From NCBI GenBank assembly GCA_016928875.1, contig JAFGJY010000019.1:1996-65995 (forward strand): a DNA stretch of 64,000 bases. Reading direction: 5' to 3'. Below, one piece after another: positions 1 through 10,035 of the stretch. A program made the position numbers and the translations under genes. The DNA comes from Candidatus Omnitrophota bacterium (GTDB taxonomy: Bacteria; Omnitrophota; Omnitrophia; JAHJGZ01; JAFGJY01). Each line of letters opens with the position of its first letter. Positions within the stretch are counted from its first letter, which is position 1. A model generated the notes under the pieces. It was not told where the DNA came from. It did not search any database and saw only the letters and a list, made by a program, of their open reading frames with translations.

Positions 1-1
1 T

Positions 2-1858
2 TTGACCACCGAAAAAGAGGGCGTTCTCTTGTACGACGCCCTGACAGGGGACAGTCCCGGAACTGTCCCCAACAAGAACAACAAGAAGACCAACAAGAGC
101 TACCTTTTTGTCGATCCCCTCAAGACCATTCGCTGTAATACAAACCGTGACCTTATTAAAAGCATTGGCGCGATCGAGCGCTATTTAAAACTCGGATGCC
201 ACGCTGCAGGTTACTTTTCTTACGAAGCAGGGTATGCCCTTGAGAGTAAATTCACAGGCACACTCGGCCGGGGCAGGTGGCCGATGCTTCATTTTGGGAT
301 CTACCGCGGCGTTTACGAGATCACGGACCTTGATCTTGATGAGATGATACCTGTCACGCCCGAGATGGATGATTTCTGGGTGCGGGACTTTAAACCTTCG
401 ATCTCCAAACAAGAATATTCACGCCAATTCGCAAAAATAAAAGAATACATCAAGGCCGGCGATGTTTACCAGATCAATTATTGCTTTAACCTTGATTTTA
501 CGATGCAGGGAAGTGTTGCCGCGCTTTTTAATGCACTCACCAAACGTCAGAAGGTTTCGTACGCCGCCTTGATCAAGACCAAGGATGAGTGTATCCTGTC
601 ACTTTCGCCGGAAATGTTCTTTGAGGTCGAAAATAAAAAGATCACCATGAAGCCCATGAAAGGAACGCTGCTTAGATCGCGCAGCGCTGCCACAAACAAA
701 CAGGCGCTTGCGAGGTTCAATAAAAGTGAAAAGAACCACGCAGAGAACCTGATGATCGTTGATCTCATACGTAACGATTGCAGCCGATTCTGCAAACCGG
801 ACACGGTCAAGACGCCGCGGCTTTTTACGGTCGAGGAATATGAAACGTTGTACCAAATGACCTCTACGATCACGGGAGAATTGAAACCGAATACTCCGCT
901 CAGCACGATCTTGACGTCACTGTTCCCGTCAGGATCGGTCACGGGCGCGCCCAAGATCCGGGCGATGGAGATCATTAATGAAGTCGAGAAAGGCCCGCGC
1001 GGTGTCTACACCGGCGCGATCGGTTTTATCGCTCCGCATAAAAAAAGGATGATCTTCAATATCCCGATCAGGACCATGGTCATTGACCAGCGCAAGGGCA
1101 GGGGGACCATGGGGATCGGTAGCGGGGTGGTCGTCGATTCAAGGCCTGATCTGGAATACAAGGAATGCGTGGGGAAGGCACGGTTTCTTACCGGGCTCGA
1201 GAAACAACATCAGTTGATCGAGACCATGCTGTTTGAGCCTAAAAAGGGCATTTTTCTGCTGGATTTGCACCTTAAAAGACTGCTTAAAAGCGCCCGTTTT
1301 TTCAACATTCCAGCGGATGAGGATCACCTTCGTGAGGAGCTTAAAAAGAGCGTAAAACGCCTAAAAAACACCAAAAAACACAAAATTAGGCTACTGTTGA
1401 ATACCAAGGGTCAATGCACCATAACAAGTACAGTTCTAAGGCCTCCAAAACGTGGTGACAGCTCCGGAACTGTCACCAAAATACGGGTCTCATCGGTAAA
1501 GACCGACCCCAGTAATATCTTTTGGTACCACAAGACCACTAATCGCGGCTTGTATGACCTCGAATACAAGAAAGCACGTAAAGAGCTCTGTTGTGATACC
1601 ATTTTCACAAATACGCACGGGGAAGTGACCGAAGGTTGCATTTCCACCATTTTTGCCAAAAAAGACGGGATATTTTACACGCCACCAGTACGATGTGGGC
1701 TCTTGCCAGGGGTCTACCGAGAACATGTACTGAAAACGGACAGGGTCCGCTACCGGGAGAAAGTGCTCAGCATGTACGATCTTAAGGACGCTGACGCCAT
1801 CTATCTGGGTAATTCGGTCAGGGGCATGACGCAGGTGGTTTTAGAAGATCGAGCATGA
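2..1858 (+). CDS. pabB: Aminodeoxychorismate synthase component I fused to 4-amino-4-deoxychorismate lyase (PabB-PabC fusion); start may lie upstream of the window
   Basis: Chorismate-binding motifs (GYFSYEAG, GDVYQINY, SLSPEMF, KPMKGT, AENLMIVDLIRND, FPSGSVTGAPK, RGVYTGAIG) followed by an aminotransferase class IV domain (LIETM, HLKRL, HKTTNR, TEGCISTIF, LLPGVYR). Confidence 0.92.
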   Translation: MTTEKEGVLLYDALTGDSPGTVPNKNNKKTNKSYLFVDPLKTIRCNTNRDLIKSIGAIERYLKLGCHAAGYFSYEAGYALESKFTGTLGRGRWPMLHFGIYRGVYEITDLDLDEMIPVTPEMDDFWVRDFKPSISKQEYSRQFAKIKEYIKAGDVYQINYCFNLDFTMQGSVAALFNALTKRQKVSYAALIKTKDECILSLSPEMFFEVENKKITMKPMKGTLLRSRSAATNKQALARFNKSEKNHAENLMIVDLIRNDCSRFCKPDTVKTPRLFTVEEYETLYQMTSTITGELKPNTPLSTILTSLFPSGSVTGAPKIRAMEIINEVEKGPRGVYTGAIGFIAPHKKRMIFNIPIRTMVIDQRKGRGTMGIGSGVVVDSRPDLEYKECVGKARFLTGLEKQHQLIETMLFEPKKGIFLLDLHLKRLLKSARFFNIPADEDHLREELKKSVKRLKNTKKHKIRLLLNTKGQCTITSTVLRPPKRGDSSGTVTKIRVSSVKTDPSNIFWYHKTTNRGLYDLEYKKARKELCCDTIFTNTHGEVTEGCISTIFAKKDGIFYTPPVRCGLLPGVYREHVLKTDRVRYREKVLSMYDLKDADAIYLGNSVRGMTQVVLEDRA

Positions 1859-1934
1859 TTCTAAAAGTGGCCCACATGATCGCATATTTGGTGGGGATCA
1901 GATCAAATCTGAGGCGGCTTTGCCATGCTCATGA

Positions 1935-1962
1935 ATGTTACATAACATACATTATAGGACGT
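1935..1962 (-). other. dif: XerC/XerD dif-like recombination site
   Basis: Minus strand reads ACGTCCTATAA-TGTATG-TTATGTAACAT (11-6-11), closely resembling the E. coli and Bacillus dif consensus; intergenic, and located where gene orientation switches from + to -. Confidence 0.75.
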
Positions 1963-2053
1963 TTCTAATTCCTTTTAATCTTTCGGCGCCCTCACTAATT
2001 ACCATTATTGTACGTGTTATGAATGCTGATTTGGTGAGTTGTTCAAATTAGTA

Positions 2054-2251
2054 TCATAAGGTTGGATTACTGCCGGAACCACATGCGTTTATCCCCACCG
2101 CCCCCGTTCCATTCCCACAAGATCCAGTGGCGCTCCCACCAGGAAATGTACCATTTGAACAGAATTTTGCAGGTTCTATCTGCCCGATCAATTCATCATC
2201 GGTGCAAATAGCACTGATCTGAGGTGAAATATATTCCTTTTTTCGCGGCAT
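2054..2251 (-). CDS. RiPP precursor peptide P1 (ScmA-like, CxxG repeats)
   Basis: 65 aa; leader KKEYISPQI (YxxPxI motif); Gly/Ser-rich core with CSNG, CGNG, CGSG. Confidence 0.75.
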   Translation of the reverse strand: MPRKKEYISPQISAICTDDELIGQIEPAKFCSNGTFPGGSATGSCGNGTGAVGINACGSGSNPTL

Positions 2252-2288
2252 TCCTATCTCATTTTCTCGTTATTCCTGATTTAAACAC

Positions 2289-2317
2289 ATTTTAATACTA
2301 AAAAACTAATTAAGCAA
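2289..2317 (-). promoter_or_regulatory. Candidate sigma70 promoter for P1
   Basis: TTGCTT-17 bp-TAAAAT on the minus strand upstream of the ATG at 2251. Confidence 0.4.
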
Positions 2318-3292
2318 AGAAGAAATAATACCCCAAATATCGCTTGTTTTACCGAGCCCCAAATTAAATGTGGGCGTTGCCCGTAAACAATCAGTAAAAA
2401 GTGCAAAGGCATGCGCGATCCTTTTAGGGTCTTTTTTATGTACCAATCGAAAGGGCTCGGCCATCATGTAAATTGACCTTAGATTTTGTAGATCCCCCAG
2501 ATCTGCTTTCGTAAGGATGGGCTTATTATTTTTATGTAAAATAAATATCGCCTTTAATGTATTTGGTTGTATTGAAGAAATAATATATGAATCCCTATTG
2601 GATGGTATTCCGTTATCATAAAAAAAAAGGTTCGGGTCACCCACCGTAAAACTATCATTTTTTGTGTTCTGAAATATCCGCGTTGTGTCATCAGATACCT
2701 TGCAGATTTCTGCCTTCTCGCTTACAAGCCGGTCAACGCTCGTCGATTTCCCTGCCCCCGATGGGCCGAGGAATAAAATACTTTTCTGACGATACACAGC
2801 CGATGAGGCATGGATGTGAATATAATTAAGATCGACAGTTAGGCTTGATAGGATCGGATACAATGCGGTCAGTTTATGATCTTCTGAGGGTTGTTTTGAG
2901 TGTATGTTATTGTTATGCGCCGTATCTCCCATTACGTATTGTGCCGCTTGATACACGTGAAATGAACCATCAGTACATTTCATGATAAAATAAGACCGTT
3001 TGTTTTCGCTGTACCACAACTCGATCTCTGTGTTGTGATCTTTTATAAAATTAAACGTCCGAGAAAAAACGCGGTCTGTTCCATCGGGGTCGAACATACG
3101 CCATCGCCCGTCATTATCAGCATTAGTATGCAAGCCCCGCATCAGGTCATTGTCGATCCGGTAAAAATAAACGGTATATTCACGCTGATAAGAATGGATC
3201 GTTACATAAAAAGGCGCTACAGTAATAACACCTTTCTTATCCTTAATTAAATTAGCAGATCGGGGCACCGACCTGTGCGCGCATATGTGCAT
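2306..3292 (-). CDS. ScmC/HprK-like P-loop kinase-related protein
   Basis: IHASSAV…ILFLGPSGAGKST…VSDD…IFILHK…TPTFNL; start uncertain (ORF extends to 3322). Confidence 0.7.
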   Translation of the reverse strand: MHICAHRSVPRSANLIKDKKGVITVAPFYVTIHSYQREYTVYFYRIDNDLMRGLHTNADNDGRWRMFDPDGTDRVFSRTFNFIKDHNTEIELWYSENKRSYFIMKCTDGSFHVYQAAQYVMGDTAHNNNIHSKQPSEDHKLTALYPILSSLTVDLNYIHIHASSAVYRQKSILFLGPSGAGKSTSVDRLVSEKAEICKVSDDTTRIFQNTKNDSFTVGDPNLFFYDNGIPSNRDSYIISSIQPNTLKAIFILHKNNKPILTKADLGDLQNLRSIYMMAEPFRLVHKKDPKRIAHAFALFTDCLRATPTFNLGLGKTSDIWGIISSLLN

Positions 3293-3408
3293 ACGACTAT
3301 CTTCCCCCCTCCCCTCAAGCAATCATTTACTTCAATTGTGATAATTATTATATCAACAATGATCCCACAACAAATCTGGCATGGCCCTACCAAGCATCTT
3401 GTAACGGG

Positions 3409-4485
3409 TCACAGCATTGATCGTTCCTTTATAGCTTCATGTATCGCTTCCGCAACACATCTCTGTCCCAACGCTGTGTAATGTCCATCCTCCAATGTAA
3501 TATCTTCAAAGGCATGTTCTTTAAGAAACCGATCGAACGCCGGGCTGATGTCGAGCCATTGCAAACCGGCTTTCCTGACAGCATTTGACATTACTGCTTT
3601 AACCTGATGGGAAATTCGTTTCCCAACAAAATCGACCCCACTGGGCAAATAGGCAAAAACAACTTCTCGGTCATGCGACAAAGCGAGCGCTCCGATATCA
3701 GCAACGATCGCGTCGATAACAGCTGTTACCGCAACGTTTGTCGGATCAAACTCAGATCTCAGTCGAGCTATCCTTTTTCTCGCGATGAATTCAGCCATTT
3801 TGACCACATGTAACGATCGCAATGACTCAACGATCAATATTGGTATATCCGGCGACAGAAAAAAAAGTGGTTTGCGCGGTGCTTTCGCGACACATACCGT
3901 GTTATCATTGTCGATACCGAGAACTGGTTTCGGATAGCCTAAAAATGTGCCGGATAGCATCCGCTCGATATCATAACAACTGATCGCAATGATCGCCATT
4001 GCGTGTTCAAACTTCTCATTATCGCGCATGTACCACAGATACATCTGATCAAGCCCATATCCTGACATACCCATATTGATCGCCTCGATCTTCGTATCGA
4101 GCTTTTCAAGCTCGACAGGCCATGTTTCATGATCATTAACTCCGAATCCCATGGTGTACGAATCACCGACACACACGACCCTGAATTTACCGGGCGGAAT
4201 AGAACGTGAATATTCCTGCGTTGCCCGTAATCCTTGTTGATTTACCGTAATACCAACGCCACGACGAAAACAATTCGGTTTATGAATACCCGGGATATGC
4301 CTCCATCCAAGCAACGGATCGAACTCAGTGTGGATCCGCTCTCGCACTGTACGCATTGGGCTATGTATGAAATGTGATCCGGCGATCATCACCCCAGCTA
4401 TTCCTTCAATGATGATAAGCATGATGATGACCAACAGTATGGTAATACCGATAAATGTAAGCGATCTCCTCACCCAACGCATCAT
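3409..4485 (-). CDS. Membrane-anchored SGNH/GDSL hydrolase family protein
   Basis: N-terminal TM segment; VGDSYTMG, INMGMSGYG and DGHY blocks. Confidence 0.8.
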   Translation of the reverse strand: MMRWVRRSLTFIGITILLVIIMLIIIEGIAGVMIAGSHFIHSPMRTVRERIHTEFDPLLGWRHIPGIHKPNCFRRGVGITVNQQGLRATQEYSRSIPPGKFRVVCVGDSYTMGFGVNDHETWPVELEKLDTKIEAINMGMSGYGLDQMYLWYMRDNEKFEHAMAIIAISCYDIERMLSGTFLGYPKPVLGIDNDNTVCVAKAPRKPLFFLSPDIPILIVESLRSLHVVKMAEFIARKRIARLRSEFDPTNVAVTAVIDAIVADIGALALSHDREVVFAYLPSGVDFVGKRISHQVKAVMSNAVRKAGLQWLDISPAFDRFLKEHAFEDITLEDGHYTALGQRCVAEAIHEAIKERSML

Positions 4486-5873
4486 CGCACCATCCCCTCT
4501 CGCCTCTCACGCACGATCTTTTCGCAGGCCGTAATGCCGTCAAGCAATGCCTCGTCCATATTACAATACATGAAAATCCCCGCTCGTCCGATACAATGCA
4601 GGTTCTCGAATGATCGCACGTGGTCAAGGACGATGTCGCGGTCAGCGTTGTATCCAATGTGGTACATCGGATACGCGTGAGGATACCGCACAACGAACCC
4701 GGTCACGAGATGCCGCTGGCAATCAAACCCGATCTTGCCCATCTCGGACAATGCATGTTCGATCAGGTCAATATCCCCCATCGACCACAATGCATCGTCG
4801 TCGCCGCAGAAATATTCAAGTCCCAGTGTCGATTTATTCTGGTCGATCACCATCGATGAGCTCCAATTCTTGTAATTCTGGATACGGGCAAGCTTGACCG
4901 ACGGGTCGTGGACATAGATCCACTGGTCAGGAAAGACATCACGCATATTCACGATCACATTGACGACCATGTAATGCCTGAATGAAAGTCGCTTAGACGC
5001 TTCAATGACCTTATCCTCCGGGTGTGGGTCCAATACCTCAGTAAATAGTGGTAACGGGATAGATGATACCAAAGTATCGACCGGCACATAGTGCACAGCA
5101 CACGCTGAGCGGTCAAGCAATGAAATACCGATAACCCGGCCATGATCGTGATGCACGCTTTTAAGTTCGTGACGCAGGTGAAACCGCGCGCCCTGTGCTT
5201 CTGCTGTAACACGCAACCGTTCGCATAATTGTCCGGGGCCTCTGCGAGGATATTTAAAGATCTCGTAAAGGTTTTTCTGTGTCTCTGAAGTATTAGGCCA
5301 TAATGCTTGTTGGAGCGCAACGCGCAGCGAAAGCCCTTCAATACGTTGCCGAGCCCAGTCCTCTGAGATCTCATCACACGCTATGCCCCACAGTTTTTCC
5401 GTGTACCCCTTAAAAAATGTCTCGTACAGCCGTTTTCCGAATTTCGCGCTGACATAATTCTCGAAATTCTTGCATTGAGGGTGTTCGTCCGCACCTCGTG
5501 ACGTGATAGCTATTAAGTAACTTGAAAAACAACGTGCTGCTTCGATGATCCCGAGATTCTTAAGTGTATTGCCAAGCGTCAGTGGATAATTGAAATACCG
5601 ATTGCGGTAATATATCCGCGAAAGCCGACGCACCTCGAGCATGTCCTTACCCATGATCCGCGAACACAGCTCATCGATCGCACGGTGTTTCGTAAGGAAT
5701 CGATGTCCGCCAATGTCGAATAAATACCCATGATGATCGATCGTACGGCACAGTCCCCCCACAGCATCATGGTGCTCGTAAACATCGACAGCGGCACCGC
5801 CCTCGGATGCGGCAAGCGCGCACCCTAACCCTGCCGGCCCGGCACCGATTATCGTAATGTGTTGTTTGTTCAT
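4482..5873 (-). CDS. FAD-dependent oxidoreductase (UDP-galactopyranose mutase/HemY-like, glycan-cluster type)
   Basis: IIGAGPAGL, GGLCRT, FDIGGHRF, YTEKLWG, AYPMY, IGRAG…NMD. Confidence 0.8.
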   Translation of the reverse strand: MNKQHITIIGAGPAGLGCALAASEGGAAVDVYEHHDAVGGLCRTIDHHGYLFDIGGHRFLTKHRAIDELCSRIMGKDMLEVRRLSRIYYRNRYFNYPLTLGNTLKNLGIIEAARCFSSYLIAITSRGADEHPQCKNFENYVSAKFGKRLYETFFKGYTEKLWGIACDEISEDWARQRIEGLSLRVALQQALWPNTSETQKNLYEIFKYPRRGPGQLCERLRVTAEAQGARFHLRHELKSVHHDHGRVIGISLLDRSACAVHYVPVDTLVSSIPLPLFTEVLDPHPEDKVIEASKRLSFRHYMVVNVIVNMRDVFPDQWIYVHDPSVKLARIQNYKNWSSSMVIDQNKSTLGLEYFCGDDDALWSMGDIDLIEHALSEMGKIGFDCQRHLVTGFVVRYPHAYPMYHIGYNADRDIVLDHVRSFENLHCIGRAGIFMYCNMDEALLDGITACEKIVRERREGMVR

Positions 5874-6613
5874 AAAGCGGTCTTTTCCTTTGAACGTAAA
5901 TAGTTCACATACGACCCGATCACCGTGTCCGTCTTCCCCTGTTCGCGGATCGCCCCCCGATGGAGCCAGAGAGCGTCGGTACAGTAACGACGAAGCACAT
6001 CGACGTTGTGTGAGGTCATGATTATCGTTTTTCCGGCATCAATAAGGTACATTATAAAAGAATCAAGCCGTGCGGCAAATCCTTCGTCAATATGCGCAAG
6101 CGTCTCATCAAAGAGGTAAATATCCCCCTGAGCTTGCATGAAGATGCTCATGGTTAATTTTTCCTGCTGTCCTATCGATAATTCACGAAGTTGCGCATTT
6201 TTAAGATGCGCCAAGCCACATGATCCGAGTATTTCGTCGATCAATGGGGTCATTGTTTTACGTTCAATGCCGTGTATTGCGGCGATCACATACATATTAT
6301 CTATGACCGGTAGATATTGATAAAATCCAACGCAATACGCGTACAAAGCTCTTATTTGCCCCTCTATTGAAAAAGAACCACTGTCGGGACGATAAATGCC
6401 GCACAATATGCGCAATAATGTCGTCTTCCCGTGACCGCTCTCACCGATAAGGGCAAGCCTCTGCCCTTTGGCCACCTCGAACGTAACATTATTGAGGACG
6501 CGAGAATAGGCATTATCACGCCTCTTTTTGCCCGCGAGAAAAAGCACTTCCAACAAGGTATATTCCCCTGCCGCGATCCTGAAATTCTTAGATATGTTCT
6601 CTGCTCTGATCAT
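5870..6613 (-). CDS. wzt: Polysaccharide ABC transporter ATP-binding subunit (Wzt/TagH-like)
   Basis: Walker A GESGHGKTT, LSIGQ signature, FDE, SH; ALWLHRG C-terminus typical of Wzt; adjacent to an ABC-2 permease. Confidence 0.75.
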   Translation of the reverse strand: MIRAENISKNFRIAAGEYTLLEVLFLAGKKRRDNAYSRVLNNVTFEVAKGQRLALIGESGHGKTTLLRILCGIYRPDSGSFSIEGQIRALYAYCVGFYQYLPVIDNMYVIAAIHGIERKTMTPLIDEILGSCGLAHLKNAQLRELSIGQQEKLTMSIFMQAQGDIYLFDETLAHIDEGFAARLDSFIMYLIDAGKTIIMTSHNVDVLRRYCTDALWLHRGAIREQGKTDTVIGSYVNYLRSKEKTAL

Positions 6614-7413
6614 ACGTATTCATCGATCGTGTGTTCAAGAATGAGAAAGACAACATAAACAGCCCCAAGGATTACGGTCCCCTGGGCGAGACAATGGAGA
6701 TAGACGGGCCACCATGAAGCAGCGGCGCCTAAAAATGTGTTCCTGATAGCACAGATGTACGGTGTTATTGGGTTAAGGATGTATTGAACACGCGCTATGG
6801 TCGGACCTACGTCATCAAGAGAATAAAAAACAGGTGTCAAGAAAAACAATAAACGTGCAGCAAGAGACCAGATGTGTTGCACATCGCGTGTGAAGCTAAA
6901 CCCGATCGTCAGTAATAACCCTATTCCCATGGTCATCATGATAAAGCTCATGAGCAACGGCATCAAGAGGACCAGTGTTGTGATGGTCAGTAAACGCATA
7001 CAGAGGCTTATGACGATACATACCAACATTTCTAGTAAGAACTTGTAAATATGCGGTACCGCATTAGCGATAATGACGGTCTCGCGCAAGGTCATTGAAT
7101 TGACCACAACATCCTTATTGTTGCGCAATGCGTACAGTGAATACGACGTGAGCGATATGAAGAAATTTACACACGTGATCCCGATAAAAAGATAAAAAGG
7201 ATAATGCGGTATCACGTCCCCGAAAATATCGTGAAAGATCGTGTACATAAAAATAAATATAATGACGGGCGAAAATAAACTCCACATTGCCCCGACGAAC
7301 GTATTATGGTTGATGAGCTTTATGTTCGCCCTGATAAGTTCACCCAAGATCGCTTTGTTCGACGGAGCTAGAAGTGTGCGGGAACGTTCTTTAAATAGCG
7401 ATAATAGGACCAT
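6610..7413 (-). CDS. wzm: Polysaccharide ABC-2 permease (Wzm/TagG-like)
   Basis: VGAMWSLFSP, RDVQH, LFFLTPVFY, LNPITPYI motifs; about 6 TM segments; ATG at 7413 preferred over 7455. Confidence 0.75.
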   Translation of the reverse strand: MVLLSLFKERSRTLLAPSNKAILGELIRANIKLINHNTFVGAMWSLFSPVIIFIFMYTIFHDIFGDVIPHYPFYLFIGITCVNFFISLTSYSLYALRNNKDVVVNSMTLRETVIIANAVPHIYKFLLEMLVCIVISLCMRLLTITTLVLLMPLLMSFIMMTMGIGLLLTIGFSFTRDVQHIWSLAARLLFFLTPVFYSLDDVGPTIARVQYILNPITPYICAIRNTFLGAAASWWPVYLHCLAQGTVILGAVYVVFLILEHTIDEYV

Positions 7414-7415
7414 GG

Positions 7416-8441
7416 TCAATAAAACTTTCTGTTGTTCATGAGGTACGATATGCATCCCTTCGCAAGGCCGAACATCATGCCGGATGCCATGACCAATGAA
7501 TCGATAAAAGTAAAAAGGATAACTGCTATGTAATAACGTTTTTTCATGTGTTTGAACATCGTTGCAAATAGGCCGTAGTTAAGGCAGAACCACACTACAA
7601 GAAGAATAGCCATAATACCGTTTACTGGTCCCCCCCTCACCCCGAAGACGGCCCACAGGCTCATTATAAATATAATAACGGTAAGCGCAATCATTAATGT
7701 TTGGCTCAAGGATGCATGGGCGAAGCGTCCTTCCTTCATCGATACACGCGATACGTACCGTAATGCCAGCAGCGTCCATGACATGGGTACCAGAAAATCG
7801 TTCTTAAGCAATGAAGAGAACGAGTAGTATTTGTAGTGATCCACCATCAGGTCTTTAATGAAATGTATCTCCTTGCCTTGAGTATGGAGATAAAGCCCCA
7901 TTTCTGTATCGTCGCCGTTGTCTAGTGATGCAGGGATATGTGTCGGATCGACCTCCCGGCGAAGGGCGAATATCGAACCGTAGAGGAAATGCACTGAGCA
8001 CGGTAGGTTCGAAAATCGATAATGCATGTACAGATGCTTGTACACGCTAAAGAAATTCTTGTAGTGAGACCTTGCTGAAAGCCTTCCCGTCAGAGCCATA
8101 CATGTAGGATTCTGCATGAAGTGTTCGACGATGATCCTGATCGATGCCTCCGTGATCACTACATCCTGATCGATATTAATAATGATATCTCCCTTTGCTC
8201 TTGAATATCCTATTCTCCGCGCCGCGATCCGGCCTTTATTCCCCGGCAATCGAATAACCGTGGCGCCGTTCTCTTCGGCGAGTGCAAACGTGTTATCATT
8301 ACTGCCGTCATCTACCACGATTATTTCATCGGGCAATAGCGATGAGCGATGTATCGTAGTAAGACAGTCGACAATGGTCCTTTCAGTGTTGTAGGCCGGG
8401 ATAACAACGGAAATAATAGGGTGATGCCGGTTTATTGTCAT
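7416..8441 (-). CDS. Glycosyltransferase family 2 with C-terminal TM helices
   Basis: ISVVIPAYN, VVDDGSND, DQD; ATG at 8441 overlaps the upstream stop (ATGA). Confidence 0.85.
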   Translation of the reverse strand: MTINRHHPIISVVIPAYNTERTIVDCLTTIHRSSLLPDEIIVVDDGSNDNTFALAEENGATVIRLPGNKGRIAARRIGYSRAKGDIIINIDQDVVITEASIRIIVEHFMQNPTCMALTGRLSARSHYKNFFSVYKHLYMHYRFSNLPCSVHFLYGSIFALRREVDPTHIPASLDNGDDTEMGLYLHTQGKEIHFIKDLMVDHYKYYSFSSLLKNDFLVPMSWTLLALRYVSRVSMKEGRFAHASLSQTLMIALTVIIFIMSLWAVFGVRGGPVNGIMAILLVVWFCLNYGLFATMFKHMKKRYYIAVILFTFIDSLVMASGMMFGLAKGCISYLMNNRKFY

Positions 8442-9316
8442 GTAGTTGACCTGCCCAGTAGTTTTTGAACCATTATTATTAATTCGCGCGTGAACAATCC
8501 TGCTCGATACGTACAATTACCGACAAAAAGACAAGGAGGTAGCAGGATTATTTCATACAATGCATGATGCTTTTTAAGAGTACGCATTAATATTCTAAGC
8601 CTCTCGATGAACGTGAGGACCCGATACGGGTGTGTGCTGAGAACGAGATAGTTATAATAGGCGTAATAGAATTGTTTTCTGACCCACTTGGGCATCCTTA
8701 ACATTTCTAAGTGGCAGACCACAACATTTTGCACGAAGACGACCTTTATTGACGGGTCTTTATTAATGATCCTATGTAAGAATTCTGTATCCCCTGTCCT
8801 AACATCGATGTTAAAATGACCGTGGCGTTCAAATAATGCAGCTCGGCACGCCATATTATTAGTGTATGCATACCAGCATTCGCGCAGTTGTTCATCAAAA
8901 ATATACTGGATCCGTACATTCTCGTAATTCGCGATGCACCGCATAGCCAATGAGCTTTCCCGCGGGAACGATCGTTTCCCAAGGACTACATCGTTTCCCG
9001 CTTCGATAGAAGCGCTGATATTTTCAAGCCAATCGCGATCAACCCGACAATCAGCATCGGTAAAGGCTATGATCGCCCCTTGCGCCCGGGCAAGAGCTGT
9101 ATTACGGCACGCATAAGGCCCTTTACGCTCCTCTTGCAGGCTAATGATATCCGTGTATTCCTTAACGATCCGCAATGATTCATCAGAGGAATTATTATCG
9201 ACCATGATGATCTCATATGACTCTCGTGGTAAAGACTGATGCTCCAATGATTCAATACACTCTGCGATGAGCCGGGCCTCATTTTTATAGGGGACTATGA
9301 CGGATATTTTAACCAT
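8438..9316 (-). CDS. Glycosyltransferase family 2
   Basis: ISVIVPYKN, VDNNSSD, ACRN, FTDADC. Confidence 0.88.
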   Translation of the reverse strand: MVKISVIVPYKNEARLIAECIESLEHQSLPRESYEIIMVDNNSSDESLRIVKEYTDIISLQEERKGPYACRNTALARAQGAIIAFTDADCRVDRDWLENISASIEAGNDVVLGKRSFPRESSLAMRCIANYENVRIQYIFDEQLRECWYAYTNNMACRAALFERHGHFNIDVRTGDTEFLHRIINKDPSIKVVFVQNVVVCHLEMLRMPKWVRKQFYYAYYNYLVLSTHPYRVLTFIERLRILMRTLKKHHALYEIILLPPCLFVGNCTYRAGLFTRELIIMVQKLLGRSTT

Positions 9317-9585
9317 GTTCAGGCCCTTTTAGAGTCCTTTTTTGTACTTCGAGCAGTTATATTTAAAAGTTGTTTGTATGTCATTTTAAACGAATATTTA
9401 TAACATTAATAAGTATAAAAAACAACGAATTGTTTAGTCAGCTCTTCGTGGTAATGTTCGTCAATTAAATGAGATATAGCTATGTTCGAGTACTTTTTTG
9501 AAGTATAATCACGAATCATGATAAATTGTGTGTAACAGTTTAAATACGGTGATGAAAACAAACCACATAATAAGGAGTTCTATTA

Positions 9586-9984
9586 ATGGACAAACCACGC
9601 CCGAATGCCATCGCCATGATCATTTGCGATACGGTCATTGCCGACAAGAAGACCAACAAACAATCGCTCATCAATATTTTTAACAGTATCGGCGCACAGC
9701 ACGTCCCTTTTGTTCATCAAAGGCTCAATGTATTCATTTCGCTTGTCGATGGGATCGGTGAATATGACGGACGGCTTGTGTGTACGAATATCAGCACTGA
9801 TCAGCAGATCATGTCGATCAACTGCCCGGTGGAGTTTAAACGCAGATTACAAACGATCGAGTTCCACTGTGAGATCTTTGGCCTCAAGTTCCCTTCCTAC
9901 GGGACCTACATTTTTGATTTTTACTGTAATGATGAGATCGTTATTTCGAGGAAATTCGCAGTCAATGAGATAAAACCAAAATAG
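9586..9984 (+). CDS. Hypothetical protein, DUF6941-like beta-sandwich
   Basis: AMIICDTVI.D..TNK.SLINIF…FPSYGTY.FDF pattern; strong RBS TAAGGAG. Confidence 0.6.
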   Translation: MDKPRPNAIAMIICDTVIADKKTNKQSLINIFNSIGAQHVPFVHQRLNVFISLVDGIGEYDGRLVCTNISTDQQIMSINCPVEFKRRLQTIEFHCEIFGLKFPSYGTYIFDFYCNDEIVISRKFAVNEIKPK

Positions 9985-10035
9985 CGAGATGATCATTTCT
10001 GATCCGGGTTGAACACGTTGCATAAGAAATGATAT

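Noticed and set aside
2-1858. PabB/C as a chorismate/prephenate supplier for the U32 enzymes
   Set aside because: Opposite strand, on the other side of the dif-like site, and its product is ADC/pABA rather than prephenate; most likely a housekeeping folate gene
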